From NCBI RefSeq assembly GCF_009914755.1, contig NC_060926.1: DNA of 64,000 nucleotides. The stretch is one strand, 5' to 3'. Each line of letters opens with the position of its first letter. The stretch's first letter is position 1. Below the pieces are notes generated by a model. The model saw only the letters and a list, made by a program, of their open reading frames with translations, was not told the DNA's origin and searched no databases. Of the stretch, positions 62,940 through 64,000 are shown piece after piece. A program made the position numbers and the translations under genes. The stretch is from the human T2T-CHM13v2.0 reference genome, Homo sapiens.

Positions 62940-64000
62940 TCAGGCGACAGAGGGAGACTCCATCTCAAAAAAAAAAAAAAAAAAAAAAAAAAGAATACCC
63001 CCCAGGATTGCACTCTATGGGAAAATGAACTAGATAACCTCTAAGATCCCTTTTAATTCTAAAATTGTATGTGGCAATCCTCCAGATTTAGAACTTGATA
63101 AAGAACATTAGTCAAAAGATAGTTCTGAGGAACCAGCATTAGAATTCCATAAACAGGCCCTCAGTTACATCCTGTACTAGTATTCCCAGCCTAACAACCC
63201 TGAGTCTTTAACAAAAAAAAAAAAAAAAAAGATGAGAGCAATCTCCAAGAGGTTCTCTTAAAACTGCTGAAACTTCAGTCTCCTAACTTGTTCTAACCAA
63301 GAACTGGCATCCTCAAAGCTATAATTTCTCCAAGAGTTATGTAGGGAGAGCAGTTACCAAGAAGGACCGGTTTTACTTCTTTGTCCCCACTGCTGTAAGA
63401 ATACCTCATTTATTTGGGCTCTCTGGACAATGGACTCTGAACTCCTTTGACATGTTCTGATTCACAACACTATGAAACTGATATCAATGCAGTCTAGTAG
63501 AAAGATTATTTTCAGAATTAGAAAGATTTAGTTTTATTTCAGTAAGTCAATTAGCTAATAATGAATTCTGTAGCTTACTCATTCTCTGTTATCCTCTTAC
63601 TACGAACAAGAGAGTATAACCAGTTCTTTTACCGTGTAAACTAAGGAAAACATCTCCCTCTCATCATTTTAATAAACATTCTTAAAAGTTGGGGGTTGGG
63701 GAGACCTATCACATTACTTAGAACACAGCTGAGATTTTTAAAAATCTCAGAAGTGAAGAAAGCTTAAAAAATTGTAATTGTTCTATCTTCCTTTTACAGA
63801 GGGAGGAAACAGAAGATCAGAAGGGGGAGTGACTGGGTACACTGTTTTCCTTGATGAAAGCCAAAGTCTCAGACCTTTTCTTTATTCCTGACCAAGGTAA
63901 ATCACTAAAGCTCTCTGGTCCCTGCCTTGACGCTTGCCAAACCTTTGGCATTTCTTTTTGCTACTTTTGTTTTTTTTTTTTTTTAAGTATAATTTACATT

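Overview
Human-like (primate) genomic DNA containing the 3' end of ASXL2 on the minus strand. The last four coding exons are at 61310-61406, 58826-58931, 54988-55705 and 47326-49773. They encode the C-terminal DEUBAD, ASXM1, a poly-Ala tract, the LVTQLL box and the C-terminal PHD finger. A ~8.3-kb Alu-free 3'UTR follows and ends near an AATAAA at 39069-39074. The first ~39 kb is repeat-dense intergenic DNA: dozens of Alus, two SVAs with TSDs, an interrupted Tigger1, L1/L2/MIR/MaLR/ERV1 pieces, a MADE1 MITE and a Y1 RNA retropseudogene. The most notable system is a hidden AUG-less +1-frame ORF ('TF') overlapping the last ASXL2 exon. It follows an arterivirus-like AG_GUC_UCU -2 shift site and carries an EHNY HCF-1-binding motif near its end. 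Exon phases show that skipping or deleting the 718-nt penultimate exon would also fuse DEUBAD directly to TF. That exon is bracketed by a ~255-bp non-Alu direct repeat and by inverted Alus. Repeat family names and boundaries were assigned by eye and are approximate.
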